Below, in pieces: positions 11,780-27,727 of a stretch of 64,000 nucleotides of DNA. A program made the position numbers and the translations under genes. This DNA comes from an uncultured Chloroflexia bacterium (GTDB taxonomy: Bacteria; Chloroflexota; Limnocylindria; Limnocylindrales; CSP1-4). Every line of letters starts with the position of its first letter. Position 1 is the first letter of the stretch. The notes under the pieces were generated by a model. The model saw nothing but the letters and a program-made list of their open reading frames with translations. It made no database searches and had not been told where the DNA came from. The stretch covers positions 157,599 to 221,598 of the forward strand of contig CAWCVO010000002.1 in the NCBI GenBank assembly GCA_963798955.1, read 5' to 3'.

Positions 11780-12051
11780 TGCCGGCCGAGTATAGGTTGC
11801 GCCTTAGCCAAGCTCGCGCGGGACCACGCTCGCGTCAACGACGACGCTGGACATCCAGACGATCCCATCGACTGTGCGTGGTCGCGGATTGCCCGAACGA
11901 TGCCTTCGGCGGTGTGGGCGGCCGATACGGCTGGGCGCGAACAGGCGCTATCGACGAACGATGGCAACTGTCTTCGTTCTGGAGGCAACGGTCGCGCCCC
12001 GTCGTCGAGCGCTATGCTCCCGTTCACTACCCACAGGAGGGGCGGCGGCCA

Positions 12052-13283
12052 GTGGCGACGACGTTACCTAAGGCTTCTACACGTGCTTCCTCGCGTGCCG
12101 CCCAACTTCAGTCGGAGCTGCGTCAACGCAAAGCGGAACTGGCGATCCTCGAGGAGGTCGGCCAGGCGCTCGGGCGGCATCTGGACCTCGACGCCATCGC
12201 TGAGTTGGTGGGCGAGCGGCTACACCAGACATTCCCGGATGTCGGTCTGTTTGTCGCCCTGTACGACGGCGCCACGAACATGATCAGCTTCCCGTACGAG
12301 ATAAAGGCCAGCGATGGTCAGCGTTACCACTCGGATCCGTTTGCGGCGGAAGCGGGGCTGACCGCGAAGGTGATCAAGTCGCGTCAGCCGCTACTGATCA
12401 GGTCGGCTGGCGAAGCCGAAAACGCAGGCGCGCTGACGTTCGGCGACAAGACCGAGTCCTGGCTGGGGGTCCCGCTGCTTGTCGACGAGGATGTGATTGG
12501 CGCCCTGGCCCTCGAGAGCGGCAGGCCGGGCGAGTTCGACAAGGACGATCTGCGCGTGGTCTCGGCGCTTGGCTCCACTACGGCGGTTGCCCTGCGAAGT
12601 GCGCGCCTGTTCGACGAGACCAAGCGGCTGCTGGCCGAGACCGAGCAGCGCAATGCCGAACTCGCGGTCGTCAACGAAATAGGCGCGGCGCTCGCAAAGC
12701 AGCTCGATTTCCAGGGCGTCATCGATGCCGTCGGCGACAAGGTCGGCGAAGTCTTCGGCTCGCGCGACCTCACCATAGCCATTCTCGACGAGGCGACCAG
12801 CACGGTCACCTTTCCGTACTGGTACGAGTTCGGTGTCCGCAACCGCGACGTGCCTCCGATGGCGCTCGGCGTGGGACTCACCTCGCGAATCATTTCAGAA
12901 GGACGGCCGCTGCGGTTGGGCACGGCTGCCGAGGCAGAGGCATTGGGCGCGGTCTACGTTGGCGACCGCAGCGAGTCGTACCTTGGCGTTCCCATCCGGG
13001 CCGGCCACAGGGTCATCGGCGCGCTGGCTGTATCGCGACACGAGCCCAATTCGTACGACGAGGCCGACGAGCAGCTGGTGATGACGATCGCCTCGAGCAT
13101 GGGCGTCGCCCTCGAGAACGCGCGGCTGTTCGACGAGACCAAACGGCTGCTGGCCGAGACCGAGCAGCGCAACGCCGAGCTGGCGGTCATCAACGAGATC
13201 GGCGAGGCGCTCGCCAGGCAGCTCGACTTCCAGGCAATCATCGACGCCGTCGGCGACAGGATCCGCTCGATCTTCAATGTCGT
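12052..13283 (+). CDS. N-terminal GAF-repeat segment of the giant hybrid sensor kinase, separated from the main ORF by frameshifts (possible pseudogene or sequencing artefact)
   Basis: GTG at 12052 preceded by GGAGG. The translation carries the same approximately 175-aa GAF units and [27 protein letters not shown] linkers as the downstream 1980-aa ORF. The frame is lost near 13283. Confidence 0.5.
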
Positions 13284-13625
13284 GACGGGAGCTGATCTCG
13301 CTGTACGACTCGGCGACGAACACGCTCCGCACGCCGTATCGGCATCGATCAGGGCGTCCGCCAGGAGCATCGAGGAGCAGCCCCTCGGTGGGATTGATGG
13401 CGATCGTGATCAAGGAGCGCCGGGCACTTCGCCTGGGCACCAGCGCAGAGGCAGATGCGCTGGGCGCGCTCGTCTTCGGAGCTGACGATTACGAGTCATG
13501 GCTGGGCGTGCCGATCCTTGCCGGTGACCGCGTTCTCGGTGCCGTCTCTCTCGAGCGTGCCCCGAAGAACGCGTTCAGCGAGTCGGACGAGCGTCTGCTG
13601 GCGACCATCGCCGCGAACCTCGGGC

Positions 13626-19393
<5,768 letters not shown>

Positions 19394-19397
<4 letters not shown>

Positions 19398-19750
19398 GCG
19401 AAGCTCCGATCCTCGATCAGGGAGTCCTCGACGAGCTGCGCGATTCGATCGGCGGCGACGAGTCGTTCATCGCCGACCTCGCCGCCACCTACCTCGCGGA
19501 AGGGCCTGGTCACCTCGAGGCGATGCAGGCGGCGGCAGCGGCAGGCGATGCAGCCGCGATCGTCCGCCCCGCGCACACGCTCAAATCGAGCAGTGCCGCG
19601 CTCGGGGCCATGCGCCTGTCGGAACTGGCCCGCGAGATCGAGTTCGCCGGTCGCAACGGCGAGGTTGCGGACCTTGCGTCTCGGGTGGCCACGGCGAGCT
19701 CGACCTGGGCGGCGACGGTCGAGGAGATGAAACGGGCAGGACTGGCGTGA
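19394..19750 (+). CDS. histidine phosphotransfer (Hpt) domain protein
   Basis: [13 protein letters not shown] is the HxxKG Hpt signature. A TTG start overlaps the kinase stop (cTTGA), and its own stop overlaps the next start (GTGA). Confidence 0.75.
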
Positions 19751-20856
19751 GCGAACCGGTTGCGCTGATCGTCGACGACAGCGCCGTCAACCGGATGCTG
19801 CTCGCCCGCCACTTGATGTCGCTCGGAATCTCTTCGCGCGAGGCAGTCGATGGACGCGCCGCTCTCGATCTCCTGCGCGAGGGCAAGAGTGGCGTGGCAG
19901 TCGTGCTGCTGGACGTCGAGATGCCCGAGATGGACGGCTACGAAACGCTCGCGACGATCAAGTCCGACGAGTCCCTCCGTCATGTGCCGGTGATCATGGT
20001 CTCCGGCGTGGACGAGCTCGATAGCGTGGCGCGCTGCATCGAGCTGGGCGCCGCTGATTTCCTGACCAAGCCGTTCAACCCGGTCATCCTGGGCGCTCGC
20101 GTACGAGCCTCACTGGCAGACAAGCGGATGCGCGACCTCGAGACCGAGCATGCCGCTCGCCAGGCCGAACTGCTCGACACCATCGAGCGCCAGAAAGAGG
20201 AGTTGAGCCGTTTCCTGTCGCCACAGGTGGCGGCGCTGGTGTCGACCGCCGAAGGCCAGCAGCTACTGGCCGGCCATCGGCGCGAGGCGACCGCCGTCTT
20301 CTGCGACCTACGCGGCTTCACGGCGTTCAGCGACTCGGCCGAACCCGAAGAGGTGCTCGGCCTGTTGCGCGAGTACCACGCCATGATGGGCGCGCTCATC
20401 GTCGAGCACGGCGGCACGCTCGAACATTTCGCGGGCGACGGAATGATGGTCTTCTTCAACGATCCGGTGCCGCAGGCCGATCATGTCGAACGTGCCGTGC
20501 GCATGGCGGTGGCCATGCGCGAACGCTTTGGTGAGCTGGCCGCGCGGTGGGCCAAGCTGGGGTTCGAGCTGGGCCTGGGCATCGGCATTGCGACCGGCTA
20601 CGCGACTCTGGGCCGCATCGGTTTCGAGGGCCGCTACGACTACGGCATGGTGGGCGCGGCGGTGATCACCGCTTCGCGCCTCAGCTCGGCGGCCGAAGCA
20701 GGACAGATCCTGCTCAACCCGCGCGCCCACGCGGCAGTCGAGGCGCTGATCGACGGCGAGGACGTCGGCGCGCTGCAGCTCAAGGGCTTCGCTCGCCCGA
20801 TCCCGACCATTAACGTGCTCGGCCTGGTGTCGCAGGGCGAGTCAGTTCCCGCCTGA
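19747..20856 (+). CDS. response regulator with class III adenylate/guanylate cyclase output domain (REC-CYCc)
   Basis: REC motifs (IVDDS…LLDVEMPEMDG…K) followed by a cyclase catalytic domain (AVFCDLRGFTAFSD… FAGDGMMVFFN… GIGIATGYATLGRIG). Confidence 0.85.
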   Translation: MSEPVALIVDDSAVNRMLLARHLMSLGISSREAVDGRAALDLLREGKSGVAVVLLDVEMPEMDGYETLATIKSDESLRHVPVIMVSGVDELDSVARCIELGAADFLTKPFNPVILGARVRASLADKRMRDLETEHAARQAELLDTIERQKEELSRFLSPQVAALVSTAEGQQLLAGHRREATAVFCDLRGFTAFSDSAEPEEVLGLLREYHAMMGALIVEHGGTLEHFAGDGMMVFFNDPVPQADHVERAVRMAVAMRERFGELAARWAKLGFELGLGIGIATGYATLGRIGFEGRYDYGMVGAAVITASRLSSAAEAGQILLNPRAHAAVEALIDGEDVGALQLKGFARPIPTINVLGLVSQGESVPA

Positions 20857-20888
20857 CCTGCGCGCCATCCGTCCTGACCGCGAGCGGC

Positions 20889-21788
20889 CTAGTCGGACGG
20901 CTCGAGCGACGCCTCCGAGTTCGGCGGCGGTTGCTCCTGGAACGGCGCACGGTACTCATAGCCCGGGCGCCCCGGTCGGTGGTTGTAGACGAGCCATCCG
21001 ACACCTACCAGGACGAGGCCGAGGCCGATCCATTGCGCGGTGGGCAGGCCGCCGACGGTCCAGTTCCAGCCGGCCCTGAAGAACTCGAGCAGGCCGCGCA
21101 CGGTGCCGTACCAGATCGCCCAGAACGCGGCCAGGTCGCCGGGGATGAGCCGTGGCAGGAAGCGCCAGGAGATGTACAGCGCAATCAATCCACCGGTGAT
21201 GTCGAGCGCGGATTCGTAGAAGAACAGCGGCTGGAAGCCGGTCGTCGCGGCAGGGTAGAGCGAGCACGGCCACTCGGCCACGCGATGCGCGCAGTCGATC
21301 TGGATGCCCCACGGCAAATTCGTCGGCGGCCCGTACAGCTCCTGGTTGAAGTAGTTGCCCCAGCGGGCAATGCCCTGTGCGAAGAGGGCTCCGGGCACGA
21401 CCACATCGAGGGCGAGGCGCAGCGGCAGGTGCTTCCAGCGCGTGTAGATCACGATGCCGAGGGCGGCGCCAGCCACGCCGCCATACAGGCCCAGGCCCGA
21501 GTAGGGCGGCAGGAAGATGCGCGCCAGGTTCTGGCTGTAGCACGGCTCTCCCAGACCGCAGGCGCCCCACTGGTCGATGACGTGGTACATCCGCCCACCG
21601 ATGAGGGCCAGCGCGCCGACCAGCAGCAGCGCATTCCAGATGTGATTCGGGTCGTAACCGCGGCGGCGGGCCTCGCGCTGCGCGATCAGCAGCAGGACGC
21701 CGACGCCGATTACGTAGCCAACGCCGTACCAGCCGATGTTGACTGGCCCGATCTGGAAGAGGATCGGATTTGACGGGCTGGGGATCAC
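20889..21788 (-). CDS. lgt: prolipoprotein diacylglyceryl transferase
   Basis: IGPVNIGWYGVGYVIG… typical Lgt N-terminus and topology; 299 aa. Confidence 0.9.
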   Translation of the reverse strand: MIPSPSNPILFQIGPVNIGWYGVGYVIGVGVLLLIAQREARRRGYDPNHIWNALLLVGALALIGGRMYHVIDQWGACGLGEPCYSQNLARIFLPPYSGLGLYGGVAGAALGIVIYTRWKHLPLRLALDVVVPGALFAQGIARWGNYFNQELYGPPTNLPWGIQIDCAHRVAEWPCSLYPAATTGFQPLFFYESALDITGGLIALYISWRFLPRLIPGDLAAFWAIWYGTVRGLLEFFRAGWNWTVGGLPTAQWIGLGLVLVGVGWLVYNHRPGRPGYEYRAPFQEQPPPNSEASLEPSD

Positions 21789-21814
21789 CCGGCCAGCATA
21801 CCTATACTCGCCGC

Positions 21815-22066
21815 GTGACCGAACAATTCATCGGCTGGTACGTGCTGCTCGGCCTGGCCGTGGGCGGCGCGCTGGTGTGGTTCGCCATCGGCCGGCTACC
21901 GCGCAGCAGCGAGGATGTCACGTCCGACGAACGGTTGGCCGAGGCGGCCTGGATCAGCGGCATCATCAACGGCCGCGGCGGCGTTGCGCCCGAAGATCTC
22001 GTCGAAGAGGTGCTCGAGCTGCACGCCGAGTACCTGGAGCACCAGGTCCAGGAACCGGCCCAGTAG
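21815..22066 (+). CDS. hypothetical small membrane protein
   Basis: ORF with one predicted TM helix (FIGWYVLLGLAVGGALVWFAI). No homology recognised. Confidence 0.3.
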   Translation: MTEQFIGWYVLLGLAVGGALVWFAIGRLPRSSEDVTSDERLAEAAWISGIINGRGGVAPEDLVEEVLELHAEYLEHQVQEPAQ

Positions 22067-22072
22067 CCGGCC

Positions 22073-22399
22073 CTACCAGTCGGTCACGTGGCACGGCCCG
22101 GCGTCCAGCGTGCCGGCCGGCAGATGAGCCTCGAGACAGCGAACACCGGCGCCACCGACGGTCGCCGCGTGCAGCGTGCCGGCCGGCAGGTCCAGCCGCT
22201 CCCCCGCTTTCAGATCCACGTCACGGGCCAGTTCGACGAGGTGGAACGTGATCGACCCGTGCTCCGCCGCCAGGACCTTGTCATAGCCGTGCCGGTGGGC
22301 GGCATACGTGTCGCCCGGCGCGTTGCCCCACGCGCTGGCGTCGAGGCCTTCAGCTGCGAGGCGAGCACGGAGGTCGCCGCCGACCTTGCCGACGCTCAC
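22073..22399 (-). CDS. cupin domain protein
   Basis: About 109 aa with a cupin-like G(x)5HxH…E…H arrangement (HRHGYDKVL…EHGSITFH). The GTG start overlaps the upstream TGA (GTGA). Confidence 0.6.
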   Translation of the reverse strand: MSVGKVGGDLRARLAAEGLDASAWGNAPGDTYAAHRHGYDKVLAAEHGSITFHLVELARDVDLKAGERLDLPAGTLHAATVGGAGVRCLEAHLPAGTLDAGPCHVTDW

Positions 22400-23571
22400 G
22401 AGACGCTGGCACCGATAAGCGTGCCCACGGCGTAGGTCACCGTGGCCGCCAGGGCACCGATGACCACCTGCCGCGCACCGCCGAAGAAAACGCCCCGGCC
22501 GGTAACCAGGCTGACCGCCGCACCTATCGCGAACAGGCCGACTGCCGAGACGATCAGCGAGGCGAAAAATGCCGTCGAGCCGGTCGCCACGAGGAACGCC
22601 ACGAGCGGTAGGAAGGCGCCGACCGCAAAGGTGACGAACGACGATGAGGCGGCGCCCCACGGTGAGCCGAGCTCGTCCGGGTCAAGGCCCAGTTCCTCGC
22701 GCAGCTTCGTGTCGAGGGCGATGTCCGGATCGGCCATCAGGTGGTTCGCGATCCGTTCCGCGTCGGCGCGCGGTACACCCTTGCTGCGGTAGATGGCCGC
22801 GAGTTCGGCGGCTTCGACATCGGGCATCACGCGCATCTCTTCGCGCTCGATGGCGATCTGATGCTGGAACAGCTCACGCTGGCTCTGCATGCTGATGTAC
22901 TCGCCGGCGGCCATCGAAAAGGCCCCGGCAAGCAGGCCAGCGATGCCGGCGAGGACGATGAAGTGGTTGTCTGTCGTGGCGCCGGCCACGCCCATGACCA
23001 GCGAAAGATTGCTGACCAGCCCGTCACTCGCGCCGAAAACGGCGGCGCGCAAAGTGCCCGAGCGGCTGCTGCGGTGCCACGATTCCTGGCGCGGCTCGTC
23101 CTTGGCGCCGCCCTGCAGCCGCTGCCAGATCGCCGCGTGCTCGCGCTCGTCGGCGGCAATCGACGCCGTTTCGGGCGTCATCTGCTCGGCGTAGGCCTCT
23201 TCCTCGTCGCCCTCGAGCGCGAGGACGAGATCGGCCACCCGGCGTGTCCCGAACAGGCGCGCGAGGGTGATGATCAACCGGACGCGCACGCGCGGTGCGC
23301 CCGGCGGAGGCACGCTGACGCCCGCCTTCTCGAGCCGCTCGGCCCAGATGCCCGCATGGCGCCGCTCGTTGCGTGCGATGCGCTCAAATGCCGCGGAGCG
23401 TTCGGGATCCTTCTCCATCGCGGCCAGGCGGTCGTAAAGCACGATCGCGTCACGCTCGAGCTTCAGGTTCGCGAGGCTGCGCGCGCGCTCGTCGTCGTTC
23501 AGCTGCAGCTGCGCCTGTGCCATGTTCTGAAGGTTAGCGAGGACCGTGCCGACCCGCCCTTGCGGGCGCAT
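22396..23571 (-). CDS. VIT1/CCC1-family iron/manganese transporter with N-terminal ferritin-like (rubrerythrin-type) domain
   Basis: N-terminal ExxH-containing four-helix segment (NERRHAGIW… DEREHAAIW). C-terminal VIT core (FGASDGLVSNLSLVMGVAG… GEYISMQSQRE). Confidence 0.8.
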   Translation of the reverse strand: MRPQGRVGTVLANLQNMAQAQLQLNDDERARSLANLKLERDAIVLYDRLAAMEKDPERSAAFERIARNERRHAGIWAERLEKAGVSVPPPGAPRVRVRLIITLARLFGTRRVADLVLALEGDEEEAYAEQMTPETASIAADEREHAAIWQRLQGGAKDEPRQESWHRSSRSGTLRAAVFGASDGLVSNLSLVMGVAGATTDNHFIVLAGIAGLLAGAFSMAAGEYISMQSQRELFQHQIAIEREEMRVMPDVEAAELAAIYRSKGVPRADAERIANHLMADPDIALDTKLREELGLDPDELGSPWGAASSSFVTFAVGAFLPLVAFLVATGSTAFFASLIVSAVGLFAIGAAVSLVTGRGVFFGGARQVVIGALAATVTYAVGTLIGASVS

Positions 23572-23719
23572 TTGCAGCGATAGCCTTACTGCACATGGCT
23601 GGAGATGAGGTCAGCCCGGTCGAGGTCGCGCGACCCCTTGGAGGCGGTCGTTCCCGTTTGGCTGTACTCCTGACTGTCAGCGTGCTCGGCGTTGTCGTGT
23701 TCGTGGGCGCCTCGGGCAG

Positions 23720-24643
23720 GTGGAACACTCCGGCACCGTCGCTCGGGCCGGCTACGCAGCCGCCGTTGCCACCACGACAGCCCGTCCGGGCGGGGCCGGG
23801 TTCGAGCTTTACGTCCCCGTCCGTTACCGGGACTACCGGGCAGGCGGCTATGGCATCGTCGTCAGCTGGCCCGTGAACGGCGGCGTGGCATCGGTGTCGG
23901 CGTCTCTGGAGCAGGTCGACCTTGGCGTCCTGTCGGCGCTGTACGAAGTGGCTATGCCAGATGGCCCGGCGTCAGTGACGATCAAGCTCGTGCAATTCGG
24001 CTCGGCGACCCCGCAGGACGATCTGACCATCGGTACATGGAAGACCGAAATTGCGTTCGACCAGGCCGCGCCGTTGATCGACTACACCGCCGCCCCAGCC
24101 ATCGATGCCTTCGAACTGCCTCGTCTGGTGAGGGCGGGCTACCACCTTGAGGCCAAGCTGACCGGCGAGAGTGGGCTGGTTACTCTCGGATTTACGGTCA
24201 ACGCCGGCCGAGTAGATGTCCTGAATCCGGGCGAGATCTATGAGATGCGCATGACCGGCGAGGGCTACGACATCGGCGGCCGGATGATCCAGCTCGACTT
24301 TGGGCATGTGCGCGGATCTCAAACCTGGCCGGCCGACCTGCCACGGCAGACACAACTCGAGCTGGACCTGGTCGACACAGCAACGACGGACCTCGCCGCG
24401 CCTGAGGTTGTCGCCACATGGCCGGTCCATGTGCTGGCCGCCAGGCACGTACCCCTTTCGGGCATCGTCATCCTCGACGAGACGGTCGCACCCCATCCGG
24501 GGATTTCCGAGCTCGTCGCGGGCGGCTACCACCTGATGGTGACCGAAACAATCGATGCGAACGGGATCCGATTGACGTGCGATGTCTACGCCAGTTCGAC
24601 CAGCCGAAGCACCAATCCGATCACGACGCAGCCTATTCGTTGA
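23720..24643 (+). CDS. hypothetical protein
   Basis: 307-aa ORF with non-repetitive composition. A possible upstream signal-anchor lies in another frame (23595-23876). Confidence 0.5.
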   Translation: MEHSGTVARAGYAAAVATTTARPGGAGFELYVPVRYRDYRAGGYGIVVSWPVNGGVASVSASLEQVDLGVLSALYEVAMPDGPASVTIKLVQFGSATPQDDLTIGTWKTEIAFDQAAPLIDYTAAPAIDAFELPRLVRAGYHLEAKLTGESGLVTLGFTVNAGRVDVLNPGEIYEMRMTGEGYDIGGRMIQLDFGHVRGSQTWPADLPRQTQLELDLVDTATTDLAAPEVVATWPVHVLAARHVPLSGIVILDETVAPHPGISELVAGGYHLMVTETIDANGIRLTCDVYASSTSRSTNPITTQPIR

Positions 24644-24968
24644 CGGGGATGGGACCTTCCGGCAGTTCGAGCACGATCTGCCCGTCTGCCTCGACCACCA
24701 CCGCGTAGATGGCCAGCGGCAGCTCGGCCGGGGGGTCGAGCGCTTCACCAGTGTCAAGATCGAAGCGCGACAGGTGCAGCGCACAGGTCAGCGTGTTGCC
24801 GGTCAGGAAGCCCTTGTCCAGCTCGAAGTACTCGTGCGAGCAGATGCCCTGCGTGGCGTGGATCTCGCCGTCGATGTTGACCAGCACGATCTGGGTCGCG
24901 TCGACATCGACCATCTGCATCGTGCCGGGCGGCAGGTCGGCCAGGCTGCCGACCGGCACGCGGCGCAT
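24633..24968 (-). CDS. Rieske [2Fe-2S] domain protein (suf-associated)
   Basis: CSHEYFEL… CALHLSRFDL (CxH…CxxH). Immediately downstream of sufD. Confidence 0.8.
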   Translation of the reverse strand: MRRVPVGSLADLPPGTMQMVDVDATQIVLVNIDGEIHATQGICSHEYFELDKGFLTGNTLTCALHLSRFDLDTGEALDPPAELPLAIYAVVVEADGQIVLELPEGPIPVNE

Positions 24969-24973
24969 GTTGC

Positions 24974-26302
24974 TCAGGCCGCGGCCTCGCTCGCCTGTGG
25001 CCACTTCGCATTCAGCAGCGCACGCAGGCGATCCTGCGCCTCCGGCAGCGGGATGCGCGCGACGACCGGCTCGAGGAAGCCGAGGACGATGAACTTGCGC
25101 GCCACCTCGCGTGATATGCCGCGGCTCATCAGGTAGAAGATCTCGGTCTCGTCGATGGGCCCGACAGAGCTCGAGTGGGCCGCGCGCCGGACGTCGGGCT
25201 GGTCGATCTCGAGGCTGGGAATGGTCACCGAGCGCGCCTGTTTGGTCAGCAGCATGGCGAACTCGCCCAGGAAGCTGTCGGTGCCGTGGGCCGAGCGCTC
25301 GATCGTGATCATGCCCTTGTAGTAACCGCGCGAGCGATCCAGGAAAACGCCCTTCGACAGCAGGTCGCCGGTCGTGTCCGCGCCGATGTGGCGGGTGTAG
25401 CTCGTGGCATCGAACAGCTGCCGGCCATCACCAAAGCCGATCTCGACCTGGCGCACGCTCGAGCCGCGACCAACGAGCCGGTTGTCGATGCGGCTCTTGG
25501 ACAGTTGCCCACCGACGCTCGCCAGTGCCCAGGTCAGCTGCGCATCGCGCTCCAGCGTCGCGTGGCGATTGACGATCGACAGCGTGTTGGAGCCGAAATC
25601 CTGCTGGCCGGCAAAGCCAAGCTGGGCGCCGGGCGCCAGCGCCACCTCGGTCGTGCCCCACCACAGGCTCTGACCTTCGTCGGCGTGCGCGGCCGACGGC
25701 ACTTGTTCCTCGAGCACCTGTGCAGCCGCGTTTTCGCCGAGGCTGAGCAAGGTGCGCGTGATCAGGCCGCGCCCTGCCGCGCCGACACTCCAGCGCACCA
25801 CGATCGGCTTGTCCAGCGTGACCCCATCGGGGACGTGGATCACCAGGCCAAGCGTCGCGTGGCTGCGCGCGAACTGCGCGAACTTGTCATCCTGCGGCAG
25901 CGTCGTGCCGCCTTCGAGTGCCCTGCGCAGCAGCTCAGGCTGCGTGCGCAGCACGTTCGCGAACGTGTCGACAATCACCCCGGCGGCACGCGCCTGTGCA
26001 CTCATCGCGCGCGCCACGACACGATCCTCGGCGATCTCGATCAGCGCGGCTGCCCCCTCCGGCACTGTCTGGTCGATTTCCCCGCCATCGCCGCTCACGC
26101 GGTAGGGAGTGATGTCATTCCAGTGCGCCGCGCGCAGGTCGACGTACAGCGTGAACAGGTTGTTTGTCTCTATCGGCAGGTCCTGGTAGCGGTGAAGTGC
26201 GTCCAGACGTTCATCGAGGAGCCACTGCGGCTCCTCGAGATCGGCAGATATGGCGCGGACGAACTCCTCGCCCGCGAAGGGCAGTTTCAGTGCATCGGCC
26301 AT
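24974..26302 (-). CDS. sufD: Fe-S cluster assembly protein SufD
   Basis: 442 aa with SufB/SufD-family beta-helix sequence. Follows sufB. Confidence 0.9.
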   Translation of the reverse strand: MADALKLPFAGEEFVRAISADLEEPQWLLDERLDALHRYQDLPIETNNLFTLYVDLRAAHWNDITPYRVSGDGGEIDQTVPEGAAALIEIAEDRVVARAMSAQARAAGVIVDTFANVLRTQPELLRRALEGGTTLPQDDKFAQFARSHATLGLVIHVPDGVTLDKPIVVRWSVGAAGRGLITRTLLSLGENAAAQVLEEQVPSAAHADEGQSLWWGTTEVALAPGAQLGFAGQQDFGSNTLSIVNRHATLERDAQLTWALASVGGQLSKSRIDNRLVGRGSSVRQVEIGFGDGRQLFDATSYTRHIGADTTGDLLSKGVFLDRSRGYYKGMITIERSAHGTDSFLGEFAMLLTKQARSVTIPSLEIDQPDVRRAAHSSSVGPIDETEIFYLMSRGISREVARKFIVLGFLEPVVARIPLPEAQDRLRALLNAKWPQASEAAA

Positions 26303-26320
26303 GTGTGACTCATCGGCCTG

Positions 26321-27727
26321 TCAGCCGAGCGCGCCCTCCATCTCCAGCTTCACCAGGCGGTTGAACTCGATGGCGTATTCCATCGGCAATTCCTTGGTGA
26401 ACACCTCGAGGAAGCCCTGCACGATGAGGTTCTGCGCCTCGTTCTCCGACAGGCCACGGCTCATCAGGTAGAAGATCTGGTCCTGGCTGATCTTCCCGAC
26501 GGTGGCCTCGTGCGTCATCGTCGTGTCGTCTTCACCGATGTCGATGTAGGGGTAGGTGTCGCTACGGCTCTCGTCGTCGAGCATCAGCGCGTCGCAGCGA
26601 ACGCTGGCGACGACCCCCGTTGCGCCGGGCGCGACCTTGAGCTGGCCGCGATAGGTGGCCCGGCCGCCGTCCTTGCTTACGCTCTTGCTGACGATGCGGC
26701 TCCTGGTGTCGGGTGCCAGGTGGATGGCCTTGGCGCCGGTGTCCTGGTGCTGGCCCTTGCCGGCCACGGCAACGCTGATGATGTCGGCCGTCGCGCCGCG
26801 CCCGCGCAGGTAGATGCTGGGGTACTTGTACGTCGCCCGCGCACCGGTGTTGGCATCGATCCACTCGACCCTCGAGTTCTCGTATGCATGGGCGCGCTTG
26901 GTGACCAGGTTGTAGACGTCGTTCGACCAGTTCTGGATGGTCGTGTAGCGCACCTTGCTGTTGGCCAGCGCGATGACCTCGACGACCGCAACGTGCAGCG
27001 AGTCGGTGGCGTAGATGGGTGCCGTGCAGCCCTCGATGTAGTGCACCTTGGCGCCCTCGTCGACGACGATCAGGGTGCGCTCGAACTGGCCCGTGTTCTC
27101 GCCGTTGATGCGGAAGTATGCCTGCAGCGGCAGCGGCACATCGACGCCTTTGGGCACGTAGACGAAGCTGCCGCCCGACCACACGGCACTGTTGAGTGCA
27201 GCGAACTTGTTGTCCTCGGGCGGCACGACCGTGCCGAAGTACTTCTTGAAGATGTCGGGGTATTCCTTGAGCGCCTGGTCGGTGCCCATGAACACGACGC
27301 CGATCTTGGAGAGCTCCTCCTTGACCGAGTGGTAGACGACTTCACTGTCGTACTGTGCCCCGACACCCGAGAGGAACTTGCGCTCTGCCTCCGGAATGCC
27401 CAGCCGCTCGAAGGTAGCCTTGATCTGGTCGGGGACGTCGTCCCACGACTTCTCCTCGCGCTCGGACGGCTTCCGGTAGTACATGATCTTGTCGAAGTCG
27501 ATCCGATCGAGACCCTCCGTCCACACCGGCATTGGGCGCTTCAGGAAGTGGTCGTAGGCACGCAGCCGGAAATCGCGCATCCAATCCGGCTCCTCCTTGA
27601 TCGCGCTGATCTCCTCGACCGTCTCGCGCGTCAGTCCGCGCTTGGTCTCGGTCAGGTAGACGATCTCGTCCTTGAAGTCGAAGCGGGAGCGGTCGTTGTC
27701 GACCATCTGGCGCTGGGAGAGGGTCAT
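26321..27727 (-). CDS. sufB: Fe-S cluster assembly protein SufB
   Basis: 468 aa, strongly conserved SufB sequence (…GGSFVYVPKGV… FYLMSRGLSENEAQNLIVQGF). Confidence 0.95.
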   Translation of the reverse strand: MTLSQRQMVDNDRSRFDFKDEIVYLTETKRGLTRETVEEISAIKEEPDWMRDFRLRAYDHFLKRPMPVWTEGLDRIDFDKIMYYRKPSEREEKSWDDVPDQIKATFERLGIPEAERKFLSGVGAQYDSEVVYHSVKEELSKIGVVFMGTDQALKEYPDIFKKYFGTVVPPEDNKFAALNSAVWSGGSFVYVPKGVDVPLPLQAYFRINGENTGQFERTLIVVDEGAKVHYIEGCTAPIYATDSLHVAVVEVIALANSKVRYTTIQNWSNDVYNLVTKRAHAYENSRVEWIDANTGARATYKYPSIYLRGRGATADIISVAVAGKGQHQDTGAKAIHLAPDTRSRIVSKSVSKDGGRATYRGQLKVAPGATGVVASVRCDALMLDDESRSDTYPYIDIGEDDTTMTHEATVGKISQDQIFYLMSRGLSENEAQNLIVQGFLEVFTKELPMEYAIEFNRLVKLEMEGALG

